From the NCBI GenBank assembly GCA_005889275.1, contig VBFI01000044.1, positions 22,509 through 86,508 of the forward strand: a stretch of 64,000 nt of DNA, written 5' to 3'. The notes under the pieces were generated by a model that worked only from the letters and a program-made list of their open reading frames with translations, made no database searches and was not told where the DNA came from. Origin of the DNA: Chloroflexota bacterium. GTDB lineage: Bacteria > Chloroflexota > Limnocylindria > P2-11E. Below are positions 53,113-62,000 of this stretch, in pieces (position 1 is the stretch's first letter; each line of letters opens with the position of its first letter). The translations under genes were made by a program, and so were the position numbers.

Positions 53113-53448
53113 ATGGCGGACGGACTCGATGCCGCGCGATCGTTCGTGAAGGCCGTGCAAGACAAGGACGCGGACGCGGCGGCACAACTCTGCGCGGACG
53201 ACGTCGAGATCGTTCTCCCCTTCGCCGGCGGACCCTTCCACGGACGCGACGGTGTCCGGCAGATGGTCCGCATGGCCCCCGCCGAGCTTGTGCAGAGCCT
53301 CCGTAACGAGGACGCGAAGGGGGACGAAGTGCGCATCACCACGCTCACCCGCGCGCCCGGGATCTTCGCCAACTACACGACCTGGGTCTTCCAGATGACC
53401 GGCGACCGGGTGAAGCGACTCACGTTCGAGCTGCGCGCCGCGAATTAG
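53113..53448 (+). CDS. SnoaL/NTF2-like domain protein
   Basis: 111 aa. ARSFVKAVQDKDADAAAQLCADDVEIVLPFAG...VRITTLTRAPGIFANYTTWVFQM. Confidence 0.65.
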   Translation: MADGLDAARSFVKAVQDKDADAAAQLCADDVEIVLPFAGGPFHGRDGVRQMVRMAPAELVQSLRNEDAKGDEVRITTLTRAPGIFANYTTWVFQMTGDRVKRLTFELRAAN

Positions 53449-53484
53449 GCTGCCGCCCACCACGCGTAGCCAACACGAGTCGCG

Positions 53485-54786
53485 CTAGGGCTTGGTGAGA
53501 ACGATCGCGTTGGGGAGCAGCCGGCCCGGGCCGACCTTGTAGGAGCCACCGATCCACATCGCCGCGGTGCCGCCGCCGTCCAGGTTGAGCCCGTCACGGG
53601 CGCCCAGCGCCTGCATCACGTAGGCGAGATCGGTCACGTTCGCGTTCGTCGCGATCACGAGGTACACGTAGGTGCCGTCGACCCCGATCGCGCCCTTGGT
53701 CCCCTTTGCGAGCTGCGACGCCGATTGCTCCGCCTCCGAGCTGATCACCGCGCCGTTCTGCAGCAGGAGCGGGTAGTTCGTGATCGCCGCGGTCACGGGC
53801 GTCTGCTGCTGGAAGTAGACGAAGCTGCGGCGATAGACCGACGTCGTGGTCCCGTTGAACGCGAGCAGGCCGTTCTGCCCGTTGAGCGCGTTGTAGTTGA
53901 GCCATCGTCGCAGCGTGCTGTTGTAAACCGCGTAGTCGTACGAGTTGACCTTTCCGGCGCAGGCCGCGTAGTCCGGCGGACAGAGATACGTCCCGTTCAT
54001 GCCGGCGTACGCGTTGGTCTCCGCCGCGTACTGAGCGAGCGGCTTCGCGGGGCAGTTGTTCAGACATTCTGTCGTGTTCGCGGTGAGCGTCTTCACCGTC
54101 ACGTCGGCGAGGCGCTCTTTCACGAGATGGACGCCGAAGGTGCCGCGCGCGGTGGCGACGTTCTGAAAGCCGTACCCGGTGCCGAGCACGGGCGGCGCGG
54201 GTGGTGAGGGCGGCGTTCCGTCAGCGTTGAGCACGGTGACGAGCCAGAAGACGCCGAAGTCTTCGAGCCAGGTGGCGCCTTCGACGAGCGGACGCAGGTA
54301 GAGCCGGTACGAGCCGGCCTGCACGGGCGCCTGGATCGTGAACTGGAACCACGCGACCTGGCTCGGCCCGACATAGGGCGCGGGCTGGATCGCGATCCGG
54401 TTGTAGCGAGGCCATCCTGTCGCCGGCGATCCGTTCGTGCCGTCACCGCCGAGCGGAGTGACCTGATCCTGCCCCGGCTCGGGACCCCACGTCCCGAGGT
54501 AGGCGACCTCGCCCATCCGTCCATTCACCCAGCCCCGCGAACCGGAGTTGTAGTAGGCGACGGTGGCGGTGGATCGCTCTCCGGGACAGAGCGTCGGATA
54601 GCCGCTCTGTCCGTACCACTGCGCGTGAAAGCCGGGCACGCCCGCGGCCAGGCCGGCCGGAGGCGGAATGCCGGGTCCGACACTCGAGGTGCATGTGGCC
54701 GTCGCCGGTGCCGCCTGGGCCGCCGGCGTCGGGCCGACGACGAGCCAGCTGGCGACGAGCAGCGCGGACGCGGCGCGCGCGATCAT
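53485..54786 (-). CDS. secreted NBR1-like Ig domain plus phosphodiester glycosidase (NAGPA, PF09992) domain protein
   Basis: Signal peptide, then an NBR1-like domain (ATVAYYNSGSRGW...GWPRYNRIAIQ...VAWFQFTIQAP...YRLYLRPLVEGATWLEDFGVFW), then a C-terminal ...AIGVDGTYVYLVIATNAN...LNLDGGGTAAMW domain. ATG at about 54786 with GGAGGAG upstream. Confidence 0.7.
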   Translation of the reverse strand: MIARAASALLVASWLVVGPTPAAQAAPATATCTSSVGPGIPPPAGLAAGVPGFHAQWYGQSGYPTLCPGERSTATVAYYNSGSRGWVNGRMGEVAYLGTWGPEPGQDQVTPLGGDGTNGSPATGWPRYNRIAIQPAPYVGPSQVAWFQFTIQAPVQAGSYRLYLRPLVEGATWLEDFGVFWLVTVLNADGTPPSPPAPPVLGTGYGFQNVATARGTFGVHLVKERLADVTVKTLTANTTECLNNCPAKPLAQYAAETNAYAGMNGTYLCPPDYAACAGKVNSYDYAVYNSTLRRWLNYNALNGQNGLLAFNGTTTSVYRRSFVYFQQQTPVTAAITNYPLLLQNGAVISSEAEQSASQLAKGTKGAIGVDGTYVYLVIATNANVTDLAYVMQALGARDGLNLDGGGTAAMWIGGSYKVGPGRLLPNAIVLTKP

Positions 54787-54928
54787 CCGAACACCCACTC
54801 TCCTCCGCTAACGAGGCCGCCCCGGGACCAATACGCGCGGACGGTCGGCGGTGGCCGCGTCCTTCATTTGGAGGACATCACGACGGCAATTTGATACCGA
54901 TGCGCGTCGCTAAGATGACGAGGACCTC

Positions 54929-55438
54929 GTGGACGTTTACGACGCGGCTCGCACGCTCCTCGCGGTTCGCCGCTACAAGGCGAAGCGGATCCCGAAAGAT
55001 CTCGTGCGAAAGGTCGTGGAAGCTGGTCGGCTGACCGCGAGCTCGGTCAACCTCCAGCCGTGGCACTTCATCGTCGTCGAGGACGCGGAGATGCTGCGCA
55101 AGCTCGGGGCGGCCTCGCGGACCGGCCCGTACATCGCGAGTGCTCCCCTGGCGATCGCGGTCGCCGTCGAGAAGGCGAGCGAGTACGCGGTCTCCGACGC
55201 GAGCCGGGCGATCCAGTCGATGTTGCTCGTCGCCTGGTCTGCCGGCGTCGGCTCGAACTGGGTCGGCTTCACAAAGATGACGAAGGTCGCCGAGCTCCTT
55301 GGCGTTCCCCGCGAGCTCGACGTCCTCGCCGTTCTGTCGTTCGGCTACCCCGAGGCGAAGCTCGGTCGTGGAAAGAAGAAGCGAAAGCCGCTCGGCGAGG
55401 TCGCGCATCGCGAGCGGTTCGGCCAGCCGTTCACGTGA
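54929..55438 (+). CDS. nitroreductase-family protein
   Basis: RRYKAKRIPKDLVRKVVEAGRLTASSVNLQPWHFIVVEDAEM...LLVAWSAGVGSNWVG. GTG 54929 with GAGGAC upstream. Confidence 0.8.
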   Translation: MDVYDAARTLLAVRRYKAKRIPKDLVRKVVEAGRLTASSVNLQPWHFIVVEDAEMLRKLGAASRTGPYIASAPLAIAVAVEKASEYAVSDASRAIQSMLLVAWSAGVGSNWVGFTKMTKVAELLGVPRELDVLAVLSFGYPEAKLGRGKKKRKPLGEVAHRERFGQPFT

Positions 55439-56064
55439 CCCTCTCCTACAACCAGGTCGCGGCGCGCGGCCTTGAACGCATCGCGGCGCTCTCGGATGGT
55501 GTGTTCGCCATCGCGATGACGCTCATCGTCTTCGAGATCCGCGTCCCCGATCCGGGCGTCGTCCGCACCGAGCAGGACCTCTGGGCCGCGATGGTCGCGC
55601 TCGGTCCGCGTCTCATCACGTACCTGCTCAGCTTCCTCACGCTCGGGATCTTCTGGACCGGACAGCAGACGCAGTCCCATTATTTCGCCCGGTCGGATCG
55701 TCATCTCGCGTGGCTGCAGCTCGCCTTCCTCGCCGCCGTCGCGCTTATGCCGTTCACGACCTCGCTGCTTGCGGAGTTCATCACCCTCCGCCCCGCGCTC
55801 ATCGCGTACTGGGCGAACATCTTGTTGCTCGGCGTCCTCATCTACGCGTCGTGGCGGTACGCACGGCATGCCGGGCTCGTCAAGCCGGACGCTCCCGTGG
55901 GTCTGTCCGCCGCGATCACGCGCCGCGTCGTCGTCGCGCAGGCGCTCTACGGGCTTGGCGCGGCGATCGGGCTCATCAGCCCGGCGTGGGGGATCGCGTT
56001 CATCGTGATCGTTCAGCTCAACTTCGCGATCGCCCCGCGCATAGGGATTCTCGCGCGGTTCTAG
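55435..56064 (+). CDS. TMEM175/DUF1211-family membrane protein (putative K+ channel)
   Basis: RIAALSDGVFAIAMTLIVFE is the RxxxFSDGV motif. Six TM helices, 209 aa. GTG 55435 overlaps the nitroreductase stop (GTGA). Confidence 0.75.
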   Translation: MTLSYNQVAARGLERIAALSDGVFAIAMTLIVFEIRVPDPGVVRTEQDLWAAMVALGPRLITYLLSFLTLGIFWTGQQTQSHYFARSDRHLAWLQLAFLAAVALMPFTTSLLAEFITLRPALIAYWANILLLGVLIYASWRYARHAGLVKPDAPVGLSAAITRRVVVAQALYGLGAAIGLISPAWGIAFIVIVQLNFAIAPRIGILARF

Positions 56065-56882
56065 CGAGTCGCCTCGGGCGCGCCGATCTCGAAGGAGCGT
56101 TTCGAAAGACCCCACTCGTATCCGTCGATCACCGAGCGGGCCTCGTACGGACGATCGATGACCGCGCCGAGCGAAACGAAGAGCGGGACGAAGTGGTCGG
56201 TGGTCGGATGCGCGATGCGCGCGGCCGGCGCCTTGTGCTCGAAATCGACCAGCGCGTCGATCTCGCGTTCGCCGACGCTCTCGTTCGCCCATGCATCGAA
56301 CTCGGCCGACCAGGCAGGCGGCGGCTGCTCGCCCACCCCGAAACGTGCGAGCCGCAGGTTGTGCGTCATGAAGCCACTGCCGATGATGAGCACGCCCTCT
56401 TGACGAAGCGGCGCGAGTCGACGGCCGACCTCGAGGAGCGCGACCGGGTCGAGGCTCGGCATCGAGATCTGGAGCACCGGTACGTCAGCGTTCGGGTACA
56501 TCTCGACAAGGGGCACGTACGCACCGTGATCGAGACCGCGCTCCGGCTGCTCGCGGACAGGGATCGCCCCGCCGGAGAGGAGCTCGCGGACACGGGCGGC
56601 GAGCGCTGGCGCGCCCGGCGCCGGGTAACGCACGCGGTAGTAGCGCTCGGGAAACCCGTAGAAGTCGTAGACGAGCGCGACCGGCTTCGTGGCACCGATC
56701 GTCAGGGGAGCGGATTCCCAGTGGGCCGACACGATGAGGATGGCCTTCGGCCGAGGCAGGTCCCGGCCCCACGCGGCCAGCTGCTTCGGCCAGGTCGGGT
56801 GGTCGGCGAGCGGAGGCGCGCCGTGGCTGAGGTAGAGGACGGGCATCACCGGGGCGGTCGGGAACGACTGGTCCGTGGACAT
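56061..56882 (-). CDS. ygiD: class III extradiol ring-cleavage dioxygenase (LigB/YgiD, 4,5-DOPA dioxygenase-like)
   Basis: MPVLYLSHGAP...ILIVSAHWES...YDFYGFP...LDHGAYVPL...IIGSGFMTHNL matches YgiD. ATG 56882. The upstream 150 aa of the tracked ORF are junk. Confidence 0.8.
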   Translation of the reverse strand: MSTDQSFPTAPVMPVLYLSHGAPPLADHPTWPKQLAAWGRDLPRPKAILIVSAHWESAPLTIGATKPVALVYDFYGFPERYYRVRYPAPGAPALAARVRELLSGGAIPVREQPERGLDHGAYVPLVEMYPNADVPVLQISMPSLDPVALLEVGRRLAPLRQEGVLIIGSGFMTHNLRLARFGVGEQPPPAWSAEFDAWANESVGEREIDALVDFEHKAPAARIAHPTTDHFVPLFVSLGAVIDRPYEARSVIDGYEWGLSKRSFEIGAPEATR

Positions 56883-56890
56883 CGGGTTCC

Positions 56891-58021
56891 CTACTCCAAC
56901 GCCCCTTTCCGCCCGCTCATTCCTTTGCGCACAGTGACCTTCGCGTACAGACCCATGTCGTCCATCCAGGCCCCGCCGTCGACGACACCACGGAGCGGCA
57001 GGACGTACGTGCCGGGCAGCTCGCTCTTCACCGCGAAGGTAAAGGTCGCGGTGGCGCCCGGCGGGACGATCTCCTCGGTCTGAACCGCGGGCCGGTCCGG
57101 GGTGGGCCAGCCGTCCGCCAGGAACGCGAGGTCCGCGCTGTTGTCGCGGACGCCGAGGCGCGCCTCCTGGTCGGTTCCCTTGCGCCACGCGGTCCCGCCG
57201 GTGTTCCGCAGCTCGATCGAGATGGAGGCGCTCTCGTTCTCCGCGACGCTCGGGAACGCCGACTCCGAGACGAAGCTCGCGTGCACGGTCGCGGCGGTCG
57301 GCGGGGCGCAGAGGCTTGTGAGGTACATGAAGTGCGGCCAATCCCAGGTCGGCCCGGGGTCACTGTGGTTGCTCCCGGGGACCTCGTTGTGTCCGACGAC
57401 GTGCGTGCGGTCGAGGGGAACGCCCTGCCGGGCGGAGATCGCGCAGGCGAGCGCGGCCGCCGCGTAGTACTGCTCGGCGGTGAAGAACGGATTGGTGATG
57501 TGATCGAGCTCGAGCTCGATCCCGATCGAGCGCTGGTTGAACCAGTAATTGCCGGCGTGCCAGGCCGTGTCGGCCTCCCCGACGACCTGGCCGATGTGGC
57601 CGTCGCCTCGGACGACGTAGTGCGCGCTGACGTTCGAGGCCGGGATGCTGAAGGCCTTCAGGGTGCGCGCGTAGCTGATGTCGGTGTAATGGAGGACGAT
57701 CCAGTTGACGGCCGCGCCACCGCGACCCTCGTCGTAGTTCGTCCGGGTCGGCAGCCACTCAGGCTGCGCGACGTATGGAAAGCGGGTCGCGATGAGCAAG
57801 CGCGGCGGTGGCGCGGCGCGTGGAGTCGGCTGCGGCGCGGGAGCGTCCGCGAGCGACGCGGGCGCCAGTTCGTCACGCTGCGGCACGACGGAGACGCGAG
57901 CGACGCACGACGACGTCACGAAGAGACCCGCCAAGAGCAAGATGAGAAGACGCCCCCGCACCACTTCGCGGAACGCGAGCGGCCATGAGACGTTGCGTCT
58001 GCTCGCTCGCACTGGGACCAT
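56891..58021 (-). CDS. N-acetylmuramoyl-L-alanine amidase (Amidase_2/PGRP) with C-terminal NBR1-like Ig domain, lipoprotein-like signal
   Basis: NWIVLHYTD...SAHYVV...HAGNYWFNQRSIGIELE...VVGHNEV...SDPGPTWDW, then SISIELRNTGGTAWRKG...GATATFTFAVKSELPGTYVLPLRGVVDGGAWMDDMGLYAKVTV. Confidence 0.8.
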   Translation of the reverse strand: MVPVRASRRNVSWPLAFREVVRGRLLILLLAGLFVTSSCVARVSVVPQRDELAPASLADAPAPQPTPRAAPPPRLLIATRFPYVAQPEWLPTRTNYDEGRGGAAVNWIVLHYTDISYARTLKAFSIPASNVSAHYVVRGDGHIGQVVGEADTAWHAGNYWFNQRSIGIELELDHITNPFFTAEQYYAAAALACAISARQGVPLDRTHVVGHNEVPGSNHSDPGPTWDWPHFMYLTSLCAPPTAATVHASFVSESAFPSVAENESASISIELRNTGGTAWRKGTDQEARLGVRDNSADLAFLADGWPTPDRPAVQTEEIVPPGATATFTFAVKSELPGTYVLPLRGVVDGGAWMDDMGLYAKVTVRKGMSGRKGALE

Positions 58022-58063
58022 CCCGACCGAAGGTCATGTTGCCTGTGTAACGGCCGATCGAGG

Positions 58064-58510
58064 CTACGTCCGCCCGCTCTGACTCCCGCGATGGTGCGGG
58101 CCCGGACCGAGGCCGAGCGCACCGTGCGTCACTCCGATGCAGCGTCGCGAGATCACCGTCAGGCCGGCCTCGGTGGCGACACGGATCGCTTCATCGGTCT
58201 CGGTCCCCGGCTGAAACCAGAGGATCCGAGCGCCGGCGGCGATGGCCTCCCTCGCCACCGCCAGAGCTTCGCCCGGAGGGCGGAAGACGTCGACGATGTC
58301 GATCGGAACGTCGATGTCCGCGAGGGACGACCGCACCGGCTCGCCAAAGAGCTCGCCGCCCTTCGGGCTCACCGGGATCACCCGGTAGCCCTGCGACCGC
58401 AGGTACGCGGGGATCGCGTGCGCGGCGCGGTCCTCCTTGGCCGATGCCCCGACGACCGCGATCGTCTTCGCCTCGTGATAGATCCGCCGGACGTCTTCGA
58501 GCGACATCAT
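58064..58510 (-). CDS. CoA-binding-domain protein (YccU/YneT-like)
   Basis: IYHEAKTIAVVGASAKEDRAAHAIPAYLRSQGYRVIPVSP matches the CoA_binding_2 Rossmann motif. Confidence 0.75.
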   Translation of the reverse strand: MMSLEDVRRIYHEAKTIAVVGASAKEDRAAHAIPAYLRSQGYRVIPVSPKGGELFGEPVRSSLADIDVPIDIVDVFRPPGEALAVAREAIAAGARILWFQPGTETDEAIRVATEAGLTVISRRCIGVTHGALGLGPGPHHRGSQSGRT

Positions 58511-58554
58511 CGTGTCCCAAACAACGCCAGGCGCTCGCCGATTCCGCGATCCGG

Positions 58555-59433
58555 TCAAGCCGCTCGGCGAAGCCGCGGGTCCAGCTCATCGCGCAGGCCG
58601 TCGCCAAGCACGTTGAACGAGCCGACGGCGAACAGGATCGCGAGGCCCGGGAAGAGCGAGAGCCAGGGCTGGGTGCTGATGAAGTTCCGGCCCTCGCTGA
58701 TCATGACGCCCCACTCGGGTGTCGGCGGCTGCGCCCCGAACCCGATGAAGCTGAGCCCTGCCGCGGCGATGATCGCCGCGCCCATGTCGAAGCTCGCCTG
58801 GATGAGGAGTGGCGCGACGGCATTCGGAAGCAGGTGGCGCGCCAGGATCCTCACCGGATGGACCCCGATGGCCCGCGCGGCCTCGACGAACTCGCGCCGG
58901 CGGAGCGAGAGGATCTGGCCGCGCGCGAGGCGCGCGTAGACCGCCCAGGTGACCGCGGCGATCGCGATGATCGCGTTCGTCAGGCTGGGGCCGAGCGCGC
59001 CGGCGATGGCCATCGCGAGGATGAGCGGTGGAAACGCGAGGAAGACCTCGGTGAGCCGCATGAGCGACTCGTCGACGAGACCGGCCACGTAGCCGGCGAC
59101 GAGCCCGATGCAGGTGCCGAAGATGCCGGCCGACGCGACGACGACCACCCCGATGAAGAGCGAGATGCGCGCCCCGTACAGCAGTCGGCTCGCGATGTCC
59201 CGCCCGAGCTGGTCCGTGCCCAACACGTGGGCCGGCGACGGCGGCTCGAGCCGCGACGCGAGCGCCTGTGTGAGAGGGTCATACGGTGCGAGGAGCGGAG
59301 CGAAAACGGCGCAGAAGGCGAACCCGGCGATGAGCCCGATTGCGAGGACGTTGAGCGGGTTGCGGAGGATCGACGACCGCGCGCCCATGCGCGAGCCGCG
59401 GAGTCGGGTCGATGCCACGAGCGCCTCAGCCAT
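58555..59433 (-). CDS. dppC: ABC transporter permease (DppC/OppC-like)
   Basis: TM1 is present (LNVLAIGLIAGFAFCAVFAPLLAPYDPL). HVLGTDQLGRDIASRLLYGARISL...EAARAIGVHPVR. Start at ATG 59433 or the tracked 59472. Confidence 0.8.
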   Translation of the reverse strand: MAEALVASTRLRGSRMGARSSILRNPLNVLAIGLIAGFAFCAVFAPLLAPYDPLTQALASRLEPPSPAHVLGTDQLGRDIASRLLYGARISLFIGVVVVASAGIFGTCIGLVAGYVAGLVDESLMRLTEVFLAFPPLILAMAIAGALGPSLTNAIIAIAAVTWAVYARLARGQILSLRRREFVEAARAIGVHPVRILARHLLPNAVAPLLIQASFDMGAAIIAAAGLSFIGFGAQPPTPEWGVMISEGRNFISTQPWLSLFPGLAILFAVGSFNVLGDGLRDELDPRLRRAA

Positions 59434-60296
59434 GCTGGATCCGCGGGTCGAGCCAGTAATAGGCGATGTCAACCGCGAGGTTCGCGACGGGATAGACGAT
59501 CGCCGCGAGCAAGGTCACCCCGAGCACTGCGGGGAAGTCGAGGCTCACCGCGGAGGCGGTCGCGTAACGCCCGAGGCCCGGCCAGCTGAAGATCGTTTCG
59601 GTGAGCACCGCGCCTGAGAGCAGGCTGCCGAACGTCAGCCCGATGATCGTCACCGTCGGAATGAGCGCGTTCCGCAGTCCATGGCGAAAGATGACGAGTC
59701 GCTCGGCGAGCCCCTTGGCCCGAGCGGTCCGCATGTAGTCCTGCGAGAGGACCGGTGCGTGTTGGCGGCGGCGGGACGAACGTGTCGAGGCGGCCGCCGC
59801 CGGGGAACCATCCGAGCTGGTAGTAGAAGAGGCCGATCACGATCAGCCCAAGCCAGAAAACCGGTAACGAGCCGCCTGCGAGCGAGAGCAGGCGCACGAC
59901 GTAGTCCGGGACCCGGCCGCGCGAGACCGCGGACCACACGCCGGCGGGGACCCCGAGGACGATCGAGATGAGCAGCGCCGCGAACGAGAGCTCGAGCGTC
60001 GCCGGGAACGAGTCCGCGAGGTCGTCCGCGACCGAGCGTCGCGTGCGGATGCTCTTCCCGAGATCGCCGTGGAGGATGCCGGTCGCGTAGATGAGGTACT
60101 GCTCGGGCAGCGGTCGGTCGAGGTGATACTCGGTGCGGAACTGCGCGATCTGCGCATCGGTCGCGTGATCGCCGAGCGCCGCGGCCACCGGATCGGCGGG
60201 TATGACGTGCGAGATCGCGAACGTGATGACCGAAACTCCGATCATCACGGCCGCGATCCCGACGACACGTTTGAGTAGAAAGCCGAGAAACCGCAT
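59426..60296 (-). pseudogene. dppB: dppB/oppB-like ABC permease gene disrupted by an internal deletion and frameshift
   Basis: The N-terminal 175 aa are in one frame (MRFLGFLLKRVVG...LGWFPGGGRLDTF) and then become junk. The C-terminal 100 aa are in another frame (LSQDYMRTARAKGL...LRNALIPTVT...YYWLDPRIQHG, tracked ORF 59426..59734). Only about 15 residues separate GWFP from QDY, against about 50 in intact DppB. Confidence 0.6.
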
Positions 60297-60311
60297 GGCG
60301 CCGCCTAGCGC

Positions 60312-61925
60312 CTATTTGCTTATCGCTGCGAAATCCGTCCAGTCCATCGGGCTCCACGCGAACCCCTTCACGTTGGACCGCAGACCGAAGGGTTCGGTCG
60401 GCTGGTACAGCACGGCGTAGGGCCCGTTGTGGAGCACGTAATCGGTGATGTCCTTGTACGCCGCGGAGCGCTTTGCCGTGTCGGTGATGAGAGCGGCGTC
60501 ACGGCCTTTGGCCGCGATGGTCTTGTCGTCCCAACCGTTCCGGAAAGCGATCGACTTCGCGGCGTAGTCGGTGAACGGACCGACGTTCGCGTCGGGGTCC
60601 GGGAAGTCCGGCCCCCACAGGATCATGACGAGCTGCCCCTTCTGCGCGCGGTACGTACCGAGCAGTTCGGCCTGCGTCGTCTGCTTGATGTTCACGGTCA
60701 CGCCGATGTTCTTCCAGTCCGATTGCAGCTTCGCCGCGAGGTCCGCCCAGGCGACGCCGCCTGGCGCCGGCCCCGTCGGCACGAGAAGCTCGAGCGTGAC
60801 GGCGGTCTGTCCGGCCTGCTGCAGGAGCGACTTGGCCTTGTTCACGTCGGCCTGGAATGGCGTCGACTCGTTGTAGCCCGCCAGACCCGCCGGCACGATG
60901 TCCTGCACCTTCTTCGCGCCGCCCTTGAACAGATCTTTCACGATGCCGTCGTAGTCGATCGCGGTGCGGAGTGCCTCGCGCACATTGACGTTGTCGAGCG
61001 GCTTCACGGTCACGTTCATGCCGACGTAGACGAGCTGCAGGCTGTTCCCGGTGGTGGTCACGACGCCCGGCTTGCCCTGGAGCGCCGCGATCTGCTGCGC
61101 GCCGAGGTTCCGGGCGATGTCGGCGTCGCCCTTCTCCAGCGCGAACTGCTGGTTCGTCGATTCGGGCACGTGCTTCACCAGCACGCCGCCGAGCGCCGGC
61201 TTTGGACTGCCGCCGTACTGCGGGTTGGCCTTCAGCTGGACCTCAGAGTTCTTCGTCCAATGATCGATCACGAACGCGCCGCTTCCCGACGAGTGGTCGA
61301 GGAGGTACCCGGAGCCCGAGTCGCCGCCGGTCTCCCGGGCCTTCACGTCCTTGGAGTCGACGACGCTTCCGATGGTGAAGGTCAGGACCGCGAGGAAGCC
61401 CTGCGGACTCGCGGTCTTCGGCAAGCTGATCACGACGGTCGACGGATCGGTCGCCTTGATGCTCGAGTCCTTGAGCTGAGCGATGTCCGTGAACAGGAAC
61501 GCCGGCGACTTGTTGAGCTTGAGCACGCGCTGGAACGAGTACACGACGTCGTCGGCGGTTATCGCGTTGCCGCTCGCGAATTTCGCGCCCGAGCGCAGCT
61601 TGAACGTGACGTCCCACTGAGAGCCCGAATCCTTGATGTCCCAGCTCTGAGCGAGGGCGGGCTTGATGGTCGAGAGGTCGGCCCCTTCGAACTTCACCAA
61701 CGTCTCGTAGGCGTTGTGGGCGAGCAGCACGCCGGTGAACTCGTAGGCGACCGCCGGGTCGAATGAGATCAAGTCGCTCGTGTCGGCGTACCAGACCAGC
61801 GTGCTCGCGGCACCGCCGGCAGATGGCGACGGTTGAGTCGAGGCCCCGGGAGCGGCGGCTGGAGTACACGCGGCGGCGATCAGCAGCGCGATGAAGAGCA
61901 GGACCGAAGTGCGACCGAATGACAT
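60312..61925 (-). CDS. ABC-type substrate-binding lipoprotein, family 5 (DppA/OppA-like)
   Basis: Lipobox LLIAAACTP and an SBP_bac_5 fold. GGGGAGGGA Shine-Dalgarno 7 nt upstream of ATG 61925. Confidence 0.85.
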   Translation of the reverse strand: MSFGRTSVLLFIALLIAAACTPAAAPGASTQPSPSAGGAASTLVWYADTSDLISFDPAVAYEFTGVLLAHNAYETLVKFEGADLSTIKPALAQSWDIKDSGSQWDVTFKLRSGAKFASGNAITADDVVYSFQRVLKLNKSPAFLFTDIAQLKDSSIKATDPSTVVISLPKTASPQGFLAVLTFTIGSVVDSKDVKARETGGDSGSGYLLDHSSGSGAFVIDHWTKNSEVQLKANPQYGGSPKPALGGVLVKHVPESTNQQFALEKGDADIARNLGAQQIAALQGKPGVVTTTGNSLQLVYVGMNVTVKPLDNVNVREALRTAIDYDGIVKDLFKGGAKKVQDIVPAGLAGYNESTPFQADVNKAKSLLQQAGQTAVTLELLVPTGPAPGGVAWADLAAKLQSDWKNIGVTVNIKQTTQAELLGTYRAQKGQLVMILWGPDFPDPDANVGPFTDYAAKSIAFRNGWDDKTIAAKGRDAALITDTAKRSAAYKDITDYVLHNGPYAVLYQPTEPFGLRSNVKGFAWSPMDWTDFAAISK

Positions 61926-62000
61926 TGGAACGTCCCTCCCCTGTCGGCGCTCGTTCGGGACGAGCCTACACCGGCCGGGCGGGTAGCCCGGGCACCCTTT

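Noticed and set aside
54787-54928. Possible promoter TTGATA-N14-TAAGAT upstream of the nitroreductase gene
   Set aside because: The spacer is too short for sigma-70 consensus and there is no supporting evidence. It is noted only as an AT-richer divergent control region.
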